From the NCBI RefSeq assembly GCF_004010195.1, contig NC_057749.1, positions 20,506,095 to 20,570,094 of the forward strand: a stretch of 64,000 bases of DNA. The letters are read 5' to 3'. Both the position numbers and the translations under genes were made by a program. Shown here one piece after another: positions 1 to 11,399 of this stretch. Position 1 is the stretch's first letter. Each line of letters begins with the position of its first letter. The DNA comes from Chiloscyllium plagiosum (Eukaryota). The notes beneath the pieces are model-generated. The model saw only the letters and a list, made by a program, of their open reading frames with translations. It did no database searches and was not told the origin of the DNA.

Positions 1-17
1 CCCTGCCCCTCCCTAAC

Positions 18-162
18 CTCCATACACCGAGTTTCTCTCCGCCCTCAGGTTCTCTTCCACCGCCGTCACCTTCCTCCGCCTCTCGCGGAAAAACTCGCTC
101 AGCTCCGCCGCCCGGCGGCTTTTGCCGCTGCACGGAAACCCGCACACAACCACCAGCGGCAT
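18..162 (-). CDS. KTI12: KTI12 (Elongator-associated P-loop NTPase), coding exon 1; gene continues off the left edge
   Basis: Reverse strand from ATG at 162 reads MPLVVVCGFPCSGKSRRAAELSEFFRERRRKVTAVEENLRAERNSVYG+G, then donor GTTAGG at 17. This matches the KTI12 N-terminus (human MPLVVFCGLPYSGKSRRAEEL...VYGD) with Walker A GxxxSGKS, and lies in a CpG island. Confidence 0.88.
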
Positions 163-390
163 CGGGGCCGGCGGGGCGCTGGGGAAAGGAGGCCTGAGGC
201 CTGGGCCCCGGGCTCAGAGACAGGCCGAGGGCGAGGCTGAGGGCCGCCCCTTAAAGGGTCCGCGGACTCATTTCCTGTCGGTTCATTAAAGGGGAGTCGC
301 TGGCGACACCGCCATCCGCCGGGCAGGAGGCGCCATTGCAGGGCCCAGGTCACGTGGTCTCCCTCAGCCTCCTCCTCTGCTGCCAGCTTC
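163..390 (-). promoter_or_regulatory. CpG-island promoter/5' UTR of KTI12
   Basis: High GC and CpG density upstream of the ATG; E-box CACGTG at 351-356; TTAAAGGG at 251-258 and 286-293. Confidence 0.6.
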
Positions 391-419
391 CAACTCATGG
401 TAGATCATGCTGGGGACAT

Positions 420-740
420 TTCATTAGAATCCCTACAGTGTGGAAGCAGGCCATTCAGCCCATGAAGGTCACACCAACACTCCAAAAGGAACCCCCCCCC
501 CGCCCAGACCCACACCTGTAACTGTATTTCCCATAACTAATCCACCCAACCTGCACATCCCTGGACACTGTGGGGTAATTTGGCATGGCCAATCCACCAA
601 ACCTGCACACCTTTTCAGTGTGGGAGGAGACCAGAGGAAACCCATGCTGAGACCGGGAGAATGTGCAAACTGCACACAGACAATCGCCCGTGGGTGGAAT
701 CAAACCTGGAGTGAGGAAGCAGTTCTAACCATGCTGCCCC
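420..740 (-). mobile_element. HE1-type V-SINE (tRNA-derived)
   Basis: Reverse complement of the V-domain (GTGCAGTTTGCACATTCTCCC...) with a CR1-like 3' tail; diverged copy. Confidence 0.8.
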
Positions 741-828
741 GAACATCATTTAACCATTTAACATCATTGCAAAAACAAAATTGACAGAACAGACTTGTCA
801 CCCTCTCATCTGATATTCTGCTTTATTA

Positions 829-1560
829 GGAGATAGCGAGGTCTGCAGATGCTGGAGATCAGAGTTGAGATTGTGTTGCTGGAAAGGCACAGCAGATCAA
901 GCAGCATCCGAAGAGCAGGAAAATCGACGTTTCAGGCCAGAGCCCTTCAGGAATGACACTGGGAACCTCAGGGGTGGAGCGATAAGTCGGAGGTGGGGGG
1001 GAGGGGTGGTGCTGGGGAGAAGGAGAAGGTAGCTGAGAGTGCAATAGGTGGATAGGGTTGGGGGTGAAGGTGCAGGTCCACAGTTTCTTTCACCAGTTTC
1101 TTAATTTCCCCTTCCCCCATCTTACCCCAGTTCCAACCTTCAAGCTCAGCACCACCTTCATGTCCTGATACACTTGTCAATCTTCCTTTCTACCTATCTG
1201 CTCCACCCTCCTCTCCAATCCATCACCATTAACCCCACCTCCATCCATCTGATCCATACACACTACCACCTGATGAAGGAGCGACACTCCGAAAGCTAGT
1301 GCTTCCAATTAAACCTGTTGGACCATAACCTGGTGTTGTGTGATTTTTAACTTTGTATTCCCCAGTCCAACACTAGCATCTCCAAATCCATCCACCTATT
1401 ACACTCTCAGCTACCTTCTTCCCAGCCTCACCCCTCTCCCATTTATCTCTCCACCCCCAAAGCTCCCAGCCTCATTCCTGATGAAGGGTTCCAGTCCAAA
1501 ATGTAAATTTTCCTTCTTCTCGAATGCTGCCTGACCTGCTGTGCTTTTCCAGCAACACAC
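829..1560. mobile_element. Penelope-like element remnant (family A) with inverted 3' ends; family B terminus nested at ~1265-1388
   Basis: 829-1080 is the reverse complement of the PLE 3' end, and 1081-1560 is the same 3' end forward (CCTGATGAAGGG...GCTGCCTGACCTGCTGTGCTTTTCCAGC). Confidence 0.75.
1267..1301 (+). ncRNA. Minimal hammerhead ribozyme motif (PLE family B)
   Basis: CAC-CTGATGA-A-GGAG-cgaca-CTCC-GAAA-GC-TA-GTG: catalytic core, 4-bp stem II, palindromic AGCT stem III, CAC/GTG stem I. Confidence 0.7.
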
Positions 1561-1677
1561 TCCCAATTCAGCTTTATTAAACTAGTCCACTTGGTAGTAG
1601 AGAGCATTGAGAATTGCTGATAAAGAAAGACCAGTTTATTAATTCAATTTAAATTCCACCAGCAGCCATGGTGTCAT

Positions 1678-1865
1678 TTGAAACAAAAAAACAGAAATTG
1701 CTGGAGAAACTCAGAAGGTCTGGTGCAGCTGTGGAGAGAAAGCAGAGTTGATGAATCAAAACTGAAGAAGAGTCACCAGACCCAAATGTTAAGTTTCTTT
1801 TGGTCTCCAAAGATGCTGCCAGAGTTTGTGTCTGAATTCCAGCATCCAGAGTTCTGTTTTATTTT
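1678..1865. mobile_element. Short fold-back PLE-terminus element (family D), decayed
   Basis: AAAACAGAAATTGCTGGAGAAACTCAG... left arm; CTGAAGAAGAGTCACCAGACCCAAATG degenerate hammerhead; right arm ...TTCCAGCATCCAGAGTTCTGTTTT. Confidence 0.55.
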
Positions 1866-2349
1866 GTTATTATGGTGGGATTAGTCTGCAGAGAGTCAAC
1901 CTTGACCTCTGAATGACTAGTTGAGTCTCTTTACAACCACATCACCCTCAGTGGGGTACAGCTTTCAGTATCCAGAATCAAACATTGCTCAAACTTGAAT
2001 TTGGTTTCAAAACTCATGGATGAGGAATTTAAAAATTATGTTCATCCACTCATTTTCAGCACTTGAAGTGATAGTGGTACAGCAGTTGGAAGAATTTTTT
2101 GTTCAACTCTTCTGTATGCAGAAGTTTCATCATGTGCAGGCATGATTTCTTGCAACATATTTGACTCATGGAAACTGTTATGTTGCTACATATTCCACCT
2201 GTCTATACGTACAATTAATACATTCCTGCAGGATAACATTAGAGAATAAAATATTATTATCTGGAGCTTCAAACCCTATTTAAATGTATCAAACGGATAA
2301 TTGCTGAGCTGAGAGGTTCCAACTCTGCTACTGATCTGATTAACAATAA

Positions 2350-2800
2350 AGTGTTAGTTCCAAAGTATGCTACATTCTGATGGACAAGTTGACCTTTCTG
2401 AATGAGCAGTAGGAAAGTCCTTCCAATTATTGTTGTCAATGCTGTTGCATTTCAAAGAAAGCATCAAATTGCATGAGCAATTTGTCCTTGCTGTGGTGGC
2501 CGTTTCAAGAGTTGAGAGGACTAGATTTGGCCAAGATGATGATTTCCGGCCATTTGGACACAGCATTCAAACTATCAAAACTGATTGTACAGTTTTGCCT
2601 GAATGCTTACAGAGCTAGCTTCAAGAAGAGCGCTAGCATCTGTTTATTGGTCCTCCCATTGATTCGGAAGGATGCAGTACAGTAAGTGCTGGTAAAATTT
2701 CTCTCGCATCCTTATGTGTCACTGGTACACAGTCCAGGCGTCACTACAGTACAGAAGCTTGGTGACAACAAATGTTCTGCCTCTTAACCAATGACATTAT
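2350..2800 (-). mobile_element. RTE-clade LINE, 3' ORF2 remnant
   Basis: Reverse strand translates with stops and frameshifts to KLLYCSDAWTVYQ*HIRMREKFYQH...QWED...SLKCNSIDNNNW, resembling the RTE C-terminal motif LLYGxExWT...HxRxLExFHQR. Confidence 0.65.
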
Positions 2801-3034
2801 AAAACACTGATGAATTAACCATCAAACCAATTCTGGCATGCTGTCCTTCACTGGATGCAAACTAATTGCTTTGTTTGTCAAAATTAAACAGATTAGATTC
2901 CAAAGTAATTCATTATGTCTGAGATTTGTGAAAATGTGCTGCATTGCAACATAATTACAACAAATATCAGCACTATCGAGTGTCTTTATTGTAGTAATAC
3001 ATCAAGATGCTTGATGTACACACAAGATACACAC

Positions 3035-3710
3035 CTTCAGGCGACTGTGTGAAATTTGCGTAGGTTTCTGCAAGGTGCTCCGATTTCCTCCCACAGTCTA
3101 ACGACATGCAGGTTAGGTGGATTGGCCATGCTGAATTACCCACCGTGTCCAAGGATATACCCGCACCAACCAACCCCACCACCCTGTGGCCGAACACTTC
3201 ACCTCCCCCTTCCACTCTGCCAAGGCCATCTCCATTGCCACTCCCTAACCACCCAACGCCTGGAGAAAGAAGACCTCATCTTCCGCATCAGGATCCTTCA
3301 ACCCCATGGCATCAATGTGGATTTCACCAGTTTCCTCATTTCCCCTCCACTCCCCACCTTATCCCAGTTCCAAACTTCCAATTTGTCACCACCCTATGAC
3401 CTGTCCTACCTGTCCATTTTCCTTTCCACTTATCCACTCCACCCTTCTCTCCGACCTATCACTATTATCCCCACCTCCATCTACCTATCACACTCTCAGC
3501 CAACTTACCCCAGCCCCACCCCCCTCATATTTATCTCACCACCCCTCCAGCTCACAGCTACCTGACCTGCTGTCCTTTTCCATCACCACAATCTCGACTT
3601 TAGCCATGGGAAATGCAGAGTTAAAGGGATGGGGGGACATAATTGGCTGGAATGTTCTTTGGAGAGTTGCGGTGGACTTGATGGGCTGAATGGCCTACTT
3701 CTACAGTTTT
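3035..3710 (+). mobile_element. HE1-type SINE interrupted by a Penelope 3' fragment (~3160-3600)
   Basis: V-domain at 3040-3150; GIY-YIG C-terminal text (QRLEKEDLIFRIRILQPHGINVDF) at ~3250-3330; SINE tail resumes at ~3601. Confidence 0.7.
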
Positions 3711-3839
3711 TCACTGGACTGTGGGAGGAAATCAGAGGACCTTGCAGAAACCCACGCAGACATGGGCAGAACGTGCAAACTCCACACAGACAGTCTTATG
3801 ATTCTACACGTCCAATGAGCAAATAAATCTGAGACTAAA

Positions 3840-4120
3840 CTACATCAAGGAGATATTAGGATGGGTGACCAGAAACTTAGTGAAAGCATTCAGTTTTAAA
3901 GACTATCTTAAAGGAGGAAGGAGAGATAGTGAGAGAAGTGTAGAGAGGTTCAGATACAGAACTGAAGAGTTTCTAACTGAGGTAGCTGAATGCATGGAGA
4001 CATGGTTGAGCAATTGAAATCAAGGATCTCCAAAACTTATAAGTGCAGAGCCCTCAAAGGGTTGTTAGAGATTGGGAGGGGAGAGGCCATGGAGAGATTT
4101 GAAAAACGAGGATTGCAGAA
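3840..4120 (-). mobile_element. L2-like LINE 3' fragment
   Basis: Similar to copies at 48090-48420 and 51380-51680 (TTAAAGGAGGAA...GAG...TAGCTGAA motif); old and diverged. Confidence 0.45.
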
Positions 4121-4169
4121 ATCAGGCTTAATGAAAATGTACATGGGCCTTTGAACTATACTGTCATAT

Positions 4170-4822
4170 ACAAAGAACAAAGAACAAAGAAAATTGCAGC
4201 ACAGAAACAGGCCCTTTGGCCGTCCAAGCCCACGCTGATCTAAATTCTCTATCTAAACCTGTCGCCTATTTTCTAAGGATCTATATCCCTCTGCTCCCTT
4301 CCCATTCATGTATCTGTCTAGATCCATCTTAAATGATGCTATCATGCCTCTACCACCTCTCCTGGCAACGCGTTCCAGGCACCCACCACACTCTGTGTAG
4401 AGAACTTTCCACACATATCCCCCTTAACCGTTTCCCTTCACACCTTGATCATGTGACCCCTAGTATTTGAGTCCCCCACTCTGGGAAAAAGCTTCTTGCT
4501 ATCCATCCTGTCTATCCCTCTCATGATTTTATACACCTCAGTCAGGTCCCTCCTCAATCTCCGTCTTTCTAATGAAAATAATCCTAATCTATTCAACCTC
4601 TCGTCATCGCTAGCGCCCTCCATACCAGACAACATCATGGTAAACGTCGTCTGCACCCTCTCCAAAGTATCCACATCCTTTTGGTAATGTGGCAACCTGA
4701 ACTGTACGCAGTGTTCCAAATGTGGCTGAACCAAAGCCCTATTCAACTGTAACATGATCTGCCAACCCTTGTACTTGATACCCCATCTGATGAAGGAAAG
4801 CATGCCGTATGCCTACTTGACC
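4170..4822 (-). mobile_element. CR1 LINE 3' end
   Basis: ORF 4438-4803 ...LVQPHLEHCVQF...LERVQ...RLNRLGLFSLERRRLRRDLTEVYKIM...TRGH; (AAAGAAC)n tail at ~4171. Confidence 0.92.
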
Positions 4823-5007
4823 ACTCAATTTTTGTTTGTTGTGCTTGCTACCATCTGCATCTTCCAAGTGCCTGATATATGAGCAGTTTGTGTGTCTTTT
4901 TGGTCTAATGAGTAGAGTCTCGCAGAGTAAACACAATGTAGTTTATCACTTCTCCAGAACTGTTACAGGTTATAAGACTGGGCTCTACACTACTACGAAG
5001 CACCTTA

Positions 5008-5172
5008 GAATAGAGTCATAGAGATGTACAGCATGGAAACAGACCTTTCGGTCCAATGCGTCCATGCCGACCAGATATCCCAACCCAATCTAGTCCCACC
5101 TGCCAGCACCCGTCCCATATTCCTCCAAACCCTTCCTGTTCATATACCCACCCAAACGCCCCTTAAATGTTG
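5008..5172 (-). mobile_element. CR1 3' tail fragment
   Basis: ATAGAGTCATAGAGATGTACAGCATGGAA... near-identical to the tails at 7167 and 61955. Confidence 0.8.
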
Positions 5173-5298
5173 AATGTCTCAAACATGTTTCACAGCCAAG
5201 TAAATACTTTTAAAATGTACTCATTGTTGCAATGTAGGAAGCATTTTAGTCAATTCTTACGTAGCAAGCTCCCACAAGAGTAATGCAGTAATGTGGGC

Positions 5299-6212
5299 CG
5301 AAAATGTGTTGCTGGAAAAGCGCAGCAGGTCAGGCAGCATCCAAGGAACAGGAGAATCGACGTTTCGGGCATGAGCCCTTCTTCAGGAATGAGGAAAGTG
5401 TGTCCAGCAGGCGAAGATAAAAGGTAGGGAGGAGGGACTTGGGAGAGGGGCATTGGAAATGCGATAGGTGGAAGGAGGTCAAGGTGAGGGTGATAGGCCG
5501 GAGTGGGGGTGGTGGCGGAGAGGTCGGGAAGAAGATTGCAGGTTAGGAAGGCGGTGCTGAGTTCAAGGGATTTGACTGAGACAAGGTGGGGGGAGGGGAA
5601 ATGAGGAAACTGGTGAAATCCGAGTTCATCCCTTGTGGTTGGAGAGTTCCGAGGCGGAAGATGAGGCGTTCTTCCTCCAACCGTCGTGTTNNNNNNNNNN
5701 NNNNNNNNNNNNNNNNNNNNNNNNNNNNNNNNNNNNNNNNNNNNNNNNNNNNNNNNNNNNNNNNNNNNNNNNNNNNNNNNNNNNNNNNNNNNNNNNNNNN
5801 NNNNNNNNNNNNNNNNNNNNNNNNNNNNNNNNNNNNNNNNNNNNNNNNNNNNNNNNNNNNNNNNNNNNNNNNNNNNNNNNNNNNNNNNNNNNNNNNNNNN
5901 NNNNNNNNNNNNNNNNNNNNNNNNNNNNNNNNNNNNNNNNNNNNNNNNNNNNNNNNNNNNNNNNNNNNNNNNNNNNNNNNNNNNNNNNNNNNNNNNNNNN
6001 NNNNNNNNNNNNNNNNNNNNNNNNNNNNNNNNNNNNNNNNNNNAATCGTCGATCACGTCTGGGGGAAATTGCGGTCTTTGAAGAAGGAGGCCATCTGGGT
6101 TGTACGGTATTGGAACTGGTCCTCCTGGGAGCAGATGCGGCGGAGACGAAGGAATTGGGAATATGGGATGGCGTTTTTACAGGGGGCAGGGTGGGAGGAG
6201 GTGTAGTCTAGG
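5299..6212 (-). mobile_element. Young Penelope-like element (family A), RT C-terminus to 3' terminus, spanning an N gap
   Basis: ORF 6053-6268 contains LDYTSSHPAPCKNAIPYSQFLRLRRICSQEDQF (PLE RT thumb); 3' terminus carries a hammerhead core at 5355-5390. Confidence 0.85.
5355..5390 (-). ncRNA. Minimal hammerhead ribozyme motif (PLE family A)
   Basis: Reverse strand ATTC-CTGAAGA-A-GGGC-tcat-GCCC-GAAA-CG-TC-GATT. Confidence 0.6.
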
Positions 6213-6229
6213 ATGAAGGAATTGGGAGC

Positions 6230-6912
6230 GATGCCCGCCACCGCATCTCCACCACATCCCGCACTCACACATGCACCCCCTCACAGACCTAAGACACTCT
6301 CCACTCACATACACATACACATACACTCTCTCTCACACTCACAACCCCCCAACCCAGACAGAAAGACAGACAGACACACACACACACACATATACACATG
6401 CGCACATATACATATATTTTGTGGGGTGAATTTGTACTTGCAGAGTTACATTGTACTTTGCTCAAAACCTGCATGAATTCATGTAAAACTCTGTTATCTC
6501 ACTTTTTAGATTAGAATCAATCCAAACAACTTAGCATAGACAGAGAACACAGGGGGCCAACACCTTCAACATATTGTCTAGCTAACACCAATTGTTACAG
6601 TTAACCTGAGAATGCAACTTATTTAAAAAAGTTTGTGATTTACACATGAAAGAAGTGAAACTATCATGGTATTCGAACAGATGAAAGACTCAACAGATAA
6701 TCAAGGTATTTTTCAATGTATAATTTCAGTTACATCACACTGTAAATTTTTGCTATAAATTCTGTGCCTTACAATTTTGTCCTCGGCAACCACCTGATGA
6801 AGGAGCGACACTCTGAAAGCTAGTGCTTCCAATTAAACCTGTTGGACTATAACCTGGTGTTGTGTGATTTTTAACTTTGTACACCCCAGTCTAACACCGG
6901 CATCTCCAAATC
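6230..6912 (+). mobile_element. Penelope-like family B 3' region with hammerhead motif at 6791-6825
   Basis: Ends in CACCTGATGAAGGAGCGACACTCTGAAAGCTAGTG...CCAGTCTAACACCGGCATCTCCAAATC, the same terminus as 1265-1388. Confidence 0.7.
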
Positions 6913-7166
6913 TTTTGGTTCAGGTTACTTTGAACCAAAAGAGGTGGTTATCCTGGTAAATCACACAACTTACACAATGTGAGAGTCCAGAGAAACATTT
7001 ACAAAGGTCTCAAAGCTGATTGCCTTCTCTGTCAAGGAATGAATGAGTGCTGATTGAATGAGTGAGAGTGTGTCAGTATGAGAGAGAATGTGTGAACAAT
7101 TTTTGCCAATCTGGATCCAAGCAAGTGAGAAAGAGAAAATCAAGTCACCTTCCTTTGTGGATTGAG

Positions 7167-8370
7167 TTATAGAGTCATAGAGTCATAGAGATGTACAGCA
7201 TGGAAGCAGACCCTTCGGTCCAACCCGTCCATGCTGACCAAATATCCCAACCCAATCTAGTCCCACCTGCCCGCACCCAGCCCATATCCCTCCAAACCCT
7301 TCCTATTCATATACCCATCCAAATACCTCTTAAATGTTGCAATTGTACCAGCCTCCACCATTTCCTCTGGCTGCTCATTCCATACCCGTACCACACTCTG
7401 TGTGAAAAAGTCGCCCCATAGGTCTCTTTTATATCTTTCCCCTCTCACACTAAACCTATGGCCTCTATTTCTGGACTCCCCGACCCCAGGGAAAAGACTT
7501 TGCCTATTTACCCTATCCTTGCCCTTCCTAATTTTGTAAACCTCTATAAGGTCACCCCTCAGCCTCCAACGCTCCAGGGGAAACAGCCCCAGCCTGTTCA
7601 GCCTCTCCCTGTAGCTCAAATCCTCCAACCTGGCAACATCCTTGTAAATCTTTTCTGAACCCTTTCAAGTTTCACAACATCTTTCCGATAGGAAGGAGAC
7701 TAGAATTGCATGCAATATTCCAACAGTGGCCTAACCAATGTCCTGTAGGGCTGCAACATGACCTCCCAACTCCTGTACTCAATACTCTGACCAATAAAGG
7801 AAAGCATACCAAACGCCACCTTCATTATCCTATCTACCTGCGACTCCACTTTCAAGGAGCTATGAANNNNNNNNNNNNNNNNNNNNNNNNNNNNNNNNNN
7901 NNNNNNNNNNNNNNNNNNNNNNNNNNNNNNNNNNNNNNNNNNNNNNNNNNNNNNNNNNNNNNNNNNNNNNNNNNNNNNNNNNNNNNNNNNNNNNNNNNNN
8001 NNNNNNNNNNNNNNNNNNNNNNNNNNNNNNNNNNNNNNNNNNNNNNNNNNNNNNNCCTCTGAGCCAGTTCTGTATCCAAATGGCTAGTTCTCCCTGTATT
8101 CCATAAGATCTAACCTTGCTAACCAATCTCCCATGGGGAACCTTGTCGAACGCCTTACTGAAGTCCATATAGATCACATCTACCGCTCTGCCCTCATCAA
8201 TCCTCTTTGTTACTTCCTCAAAAAACTCAATCAAGTTTGTGAGACATGATTTCCCATGCACAAAGCCATTGTTACTATCCCTAATCAGTCCTTGCCTTTC
8301 CAAATACATGTACATCCTGTCCCTCAGGATTCCCTCCAACAACTTGCCCACCATTGACGTCAGGCTCACT
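7167..8370 (-). mobile_element. CR1 LINE (RT to 3' tail), spanning an N gap
   Basis: ORFs 7860-8402 (VSLTSMVGKLLE...GKSCLTNLIEFFEEVT...DFSKAFDKVPH) and 7257-7628; (ATAGAGTC)n tail. Confidence 0.93.
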
Positions 8371-8807
8371 TTGTTAACCACTTGTCTTACAGCTCCTTCC
8401 ACACATCAGTGCTATAGGTGCTCTGTACATCTGTCCTCAAAAGTTGCAACCTGGTTTTATCTTTAAACTCAAATAAAGATATTAAAAATGTAAGCATGTG
8501 ATTAAAAAACATCAATTCAATCTTTGAATAACAATCTCTCCAAATCTAATGAAAGAAATGAAATGCGTTTTTCTTCTTCTGTTGTATCATAATACAACCA
8601 ATCAGTGACAAGTTCTCTGTTCCCATTTTAAAAACAAATATTTTTTCAACATGTAGATAGTATTTAGAAGGAATTTAAGAAAGATTTGTTATGAATATGT
8701 TTACAACACAATGTTCTCAACATAACACATTATACCCCACTTTGAGGACATCTCATAACTTCTTAAGGCATTATAATATAAATATTTGTATTTATTAAGT
8801 AGTCTAA

Positions 8808-9397
8808 TGTGACAATGCTGTCACATTAAAAGTATATTTTATCTTTTTTTTAAAGAGAGGTTGTAAGGCAGAAGTGACGTTCTGGATTGTTAATATCACA
8901 TGTAAATACCTTGAGTTATGTTTAACAGCCTGAATTGGTATAGCCAGTTCTCACAGAGTAGGATATCTGGCTTTTGGTTTTTCAGTAACATCAGAAGCTG
9001 TTGGGGTCTCAACAGAGTTGGAAGCTTCCGTGAATGTCTCCTGGCTGTTATTCTCTCTAAACTTTCTCCTCCTGGATTGGAGAACTGCATGAGAGAATCT
9101 GTATCTGAATTTTCCTCTGTTGCCAAGTGATGTGTTTATGGGATGTTACTATATTGGAACAGTTAATTAGTAATAATTACTGTATTTATTATTCTGTCAA
9201 GTTTTCCAATAATGTTAAGTTATTCTAAATTCCTCTTTCTTTGGTTGTATTTTAACTACAATGTTTAAATAAATTGTGTTTTGCTTATTTGCTAGTTGTA
9301 TCGCTAGACTTATTTTGCCTTTGAAATAAGAAAGAGTTAGAGTCTCAGTTACCTTCTTAAAATATTTTGAGAGGATCTGGCAACCGGTGACTTAACA
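8808..9397. mobile_element. Probable solo LTR (Gypsy-like) inserted in the Copia RNase H region
   Basis: 590 bp bounded by TGT...ACA with internal AATAAA; interrupts the Copia C-terminus; no clean TSD. Confidence 0.4.
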
Positions 9398-9759
9398 TCA
9401 ACCAATTTTGTTTCAGAGATTTCTTTTCTTTCCAACATTTCCTGTACAATGTCAATTCTCAATCTTTTCAGTGCTACATCCTTTGCTGAATAAAGATTGT
9501 CCCAAAGCAAGCTAACACCACATAACAATCCATGGGCAATTTTACCTTAGGTTGCTCTTTGTACAAAATATCCTTCAGGGTACTGAACACTGAATTCCTT
9601 CAAGCTCTCCAACTCTTTGTTTGGCAACCTTTAACAAATGCAACTTTGTAATTTGTTTGTAGCCACCAAACGTTCTCAGTCATAAGAAATTGTCTGTCCT
9701 GTTGTGCTCTCAGCTTGTTCCATGATGCTTATTGTAGTCAGACTATAACTCAATTTAGC

Positions 9760-9888
9760 AAAAGTGAGGACTGCAGATACTAGAGATCAGAGTCAAGATT
9801 AGATTGGTGCTGGAAAAGCACAGCAGGTCAGGCAGCATCCGAGGAGCGGGAAAATCGACGTTTCAGGCAAAAGCACGTCATCAGGAAT
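9760..9888 (-). mobile_element. PLE family A terminus (solo)
   Basis: AAAGTGAGGACTGCAGAT...ATCGACGTTTC...CATCAGGAAT; TATAACTCAA repeated on both sides (9744-9753, 9888-9897). Confidence 0.8.
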
Positions 9889-9974
9889 ATAACTCAACTT
9901 ACCCTCCTATCTTGTTCTGGACTACAACTGCAAGATCTCTCCCTCATGAGACCAACATTTCTTTCATAAATCAG

Positions 9975-10300
9975 ACCATAAAATCATAAGAAATAGGGAC
10001 AAAAGTAGACCATTCGGACCCTCAGGTTTGCTCTGTCATTCAATGGAATCATGGCTGATCCAACACCTTCATATCCACTTTCCTGCCCTTTCCCCATAAC
10101 CCTTTATCCATCTACCTCAGCCTTGAGTATAGATAAGGTCTCTGTCCCACTGCTCTCTGTGGCAAGGAATCCTAAAATCTCAACCATCTAAGAAAAGAAA
10201 TTCCTCCCTCTTTATTCCGGCTCTCTGCCATCTGGTCCGAGACTCTTCAATGAGAGGAAACATCTTCACATTGACCCCTTTAAGAATCTTACATGAATCC
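9975..10300 (-). mobile_element. CR1 3' fragment (older subfamily)
   Basis: CATAAGAAATAGG...CCATTCGG...CAATGGAATCATGGCTGATC tail motif. Confidence 0.65.
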
Positions 10301-10684
10301 TATGATTTGCAATCTTTTCCTAGGGCCATGTTCAGTTTCCGAACTTGGACTGTGTTTTCTGGCCTTCCATATCTTAACTTCACTGTGCCAATCCATGGGC
10401 TCTATTTCTCATCATTCACATTTAGCAAATCTTTGTATTTTATGTTGGTTTTCTCTGCTCTCTCAACATTACCAACATCCCTCCATTTACGACCCCTTTC
10501 CTGTGTGTACAGGTATGTTACTTTGTTGCCAAATCCTGGTTTTTGCACTCTGGGGGAAAATAGCCTTCTCAGTTTTCTCTATATCACCTAGTCCGCATTC
10601 CCTCAGCTCTGCATATGAGCCTGAGAAACTGGCCAATACACATGGATGTGAAATATATGGGGGGTCATCAAAATGAGATTCTCA

Positions 10685-10955
10685 AATCATCGAATCCCTA
10701 CAGTGAGCAAGCAGCCCACCAAATCCACACTGACTCTCTGAAGAGTGTCCCAGCCTGACCTTTCCCCCACCCTAGCCTTTAACCCTGCATTTCCAATGGC
10801 TAAACCACCTAACCTGCACATCTTTAGACTGTGGGATGAAACCAGAGCACCCGGAGGAAGCCTACGCAGACACAGGAAGAATGTGCAACTCCACACGGAC
10901 AGTCGCCCAAGGGTCGAATTGAACCCAGGTCCCTGGCGCTGTGAGGCAGCAGTGC
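10685..10955 (-). mobile_element. HE1-type V-SINE
   Basis: Reverse-complement V-domain and tRNA B-box region (GAATTGAACCCAGGTCCCTGGCGCTGTGAGGCAGCAGTGC). Confidence 0.85.
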
Positions 10956-11399
10956 ATTTGATTTGATTTATTTATTCCCTTGTGAATTTTGTTACAAAAT
11001 ACAATGAAAAGTGTTGTATAGAGTCACCATTCTCCAGTGCCATGTTAAAACAGGGAAAACAGTCTGAATCCCACGCTGTAAGATTACTGTCCCTCCATCA
11101 CTACCTATTACCTGCCCAATCCTTTGCACAATTTCTGCCTTCTCTTTTGACTATGTCCCCCGAATTAAAATCTATTTCTGATGACCTTACACAATGCTGT
11201 AATTCTCACTGAATTTCATCTGAAACCGCAGCAATAATGAATGCCCATCTCACTGCAGGTAGGGCATTAGAGCTCAGAACAAGTGATGCTAATTGTAATC
11301 CCTCCCCAGACTGGAGGATGGTCACTCATTACTTCAGAAATCTTTGGTTCTCTCCTCAAAGCCAATTGATATGGACTGCTCATGTCAGTACAGATACTA

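Noticed and set aside
99-398. 99-aa minus-strand ORF in the CpG island
   Set aside because: It is in a different frame from the KTI12 exon (ATG 162) and is a GC-rich chance ORF.
2354-2566. Cys/Trp pattern resembling an adhesion-GPCR GPS motif (W...TNCSCNL)
   Set aside because: Adjacent frames give RTE LINE C-terminal motifs with stops, and there are no splice signals or further exons.
5691-6043. Long ORFs containing X runs (also 7867-8055 and 26599-26627)
   Set aside because: Artefacts of N gaps.
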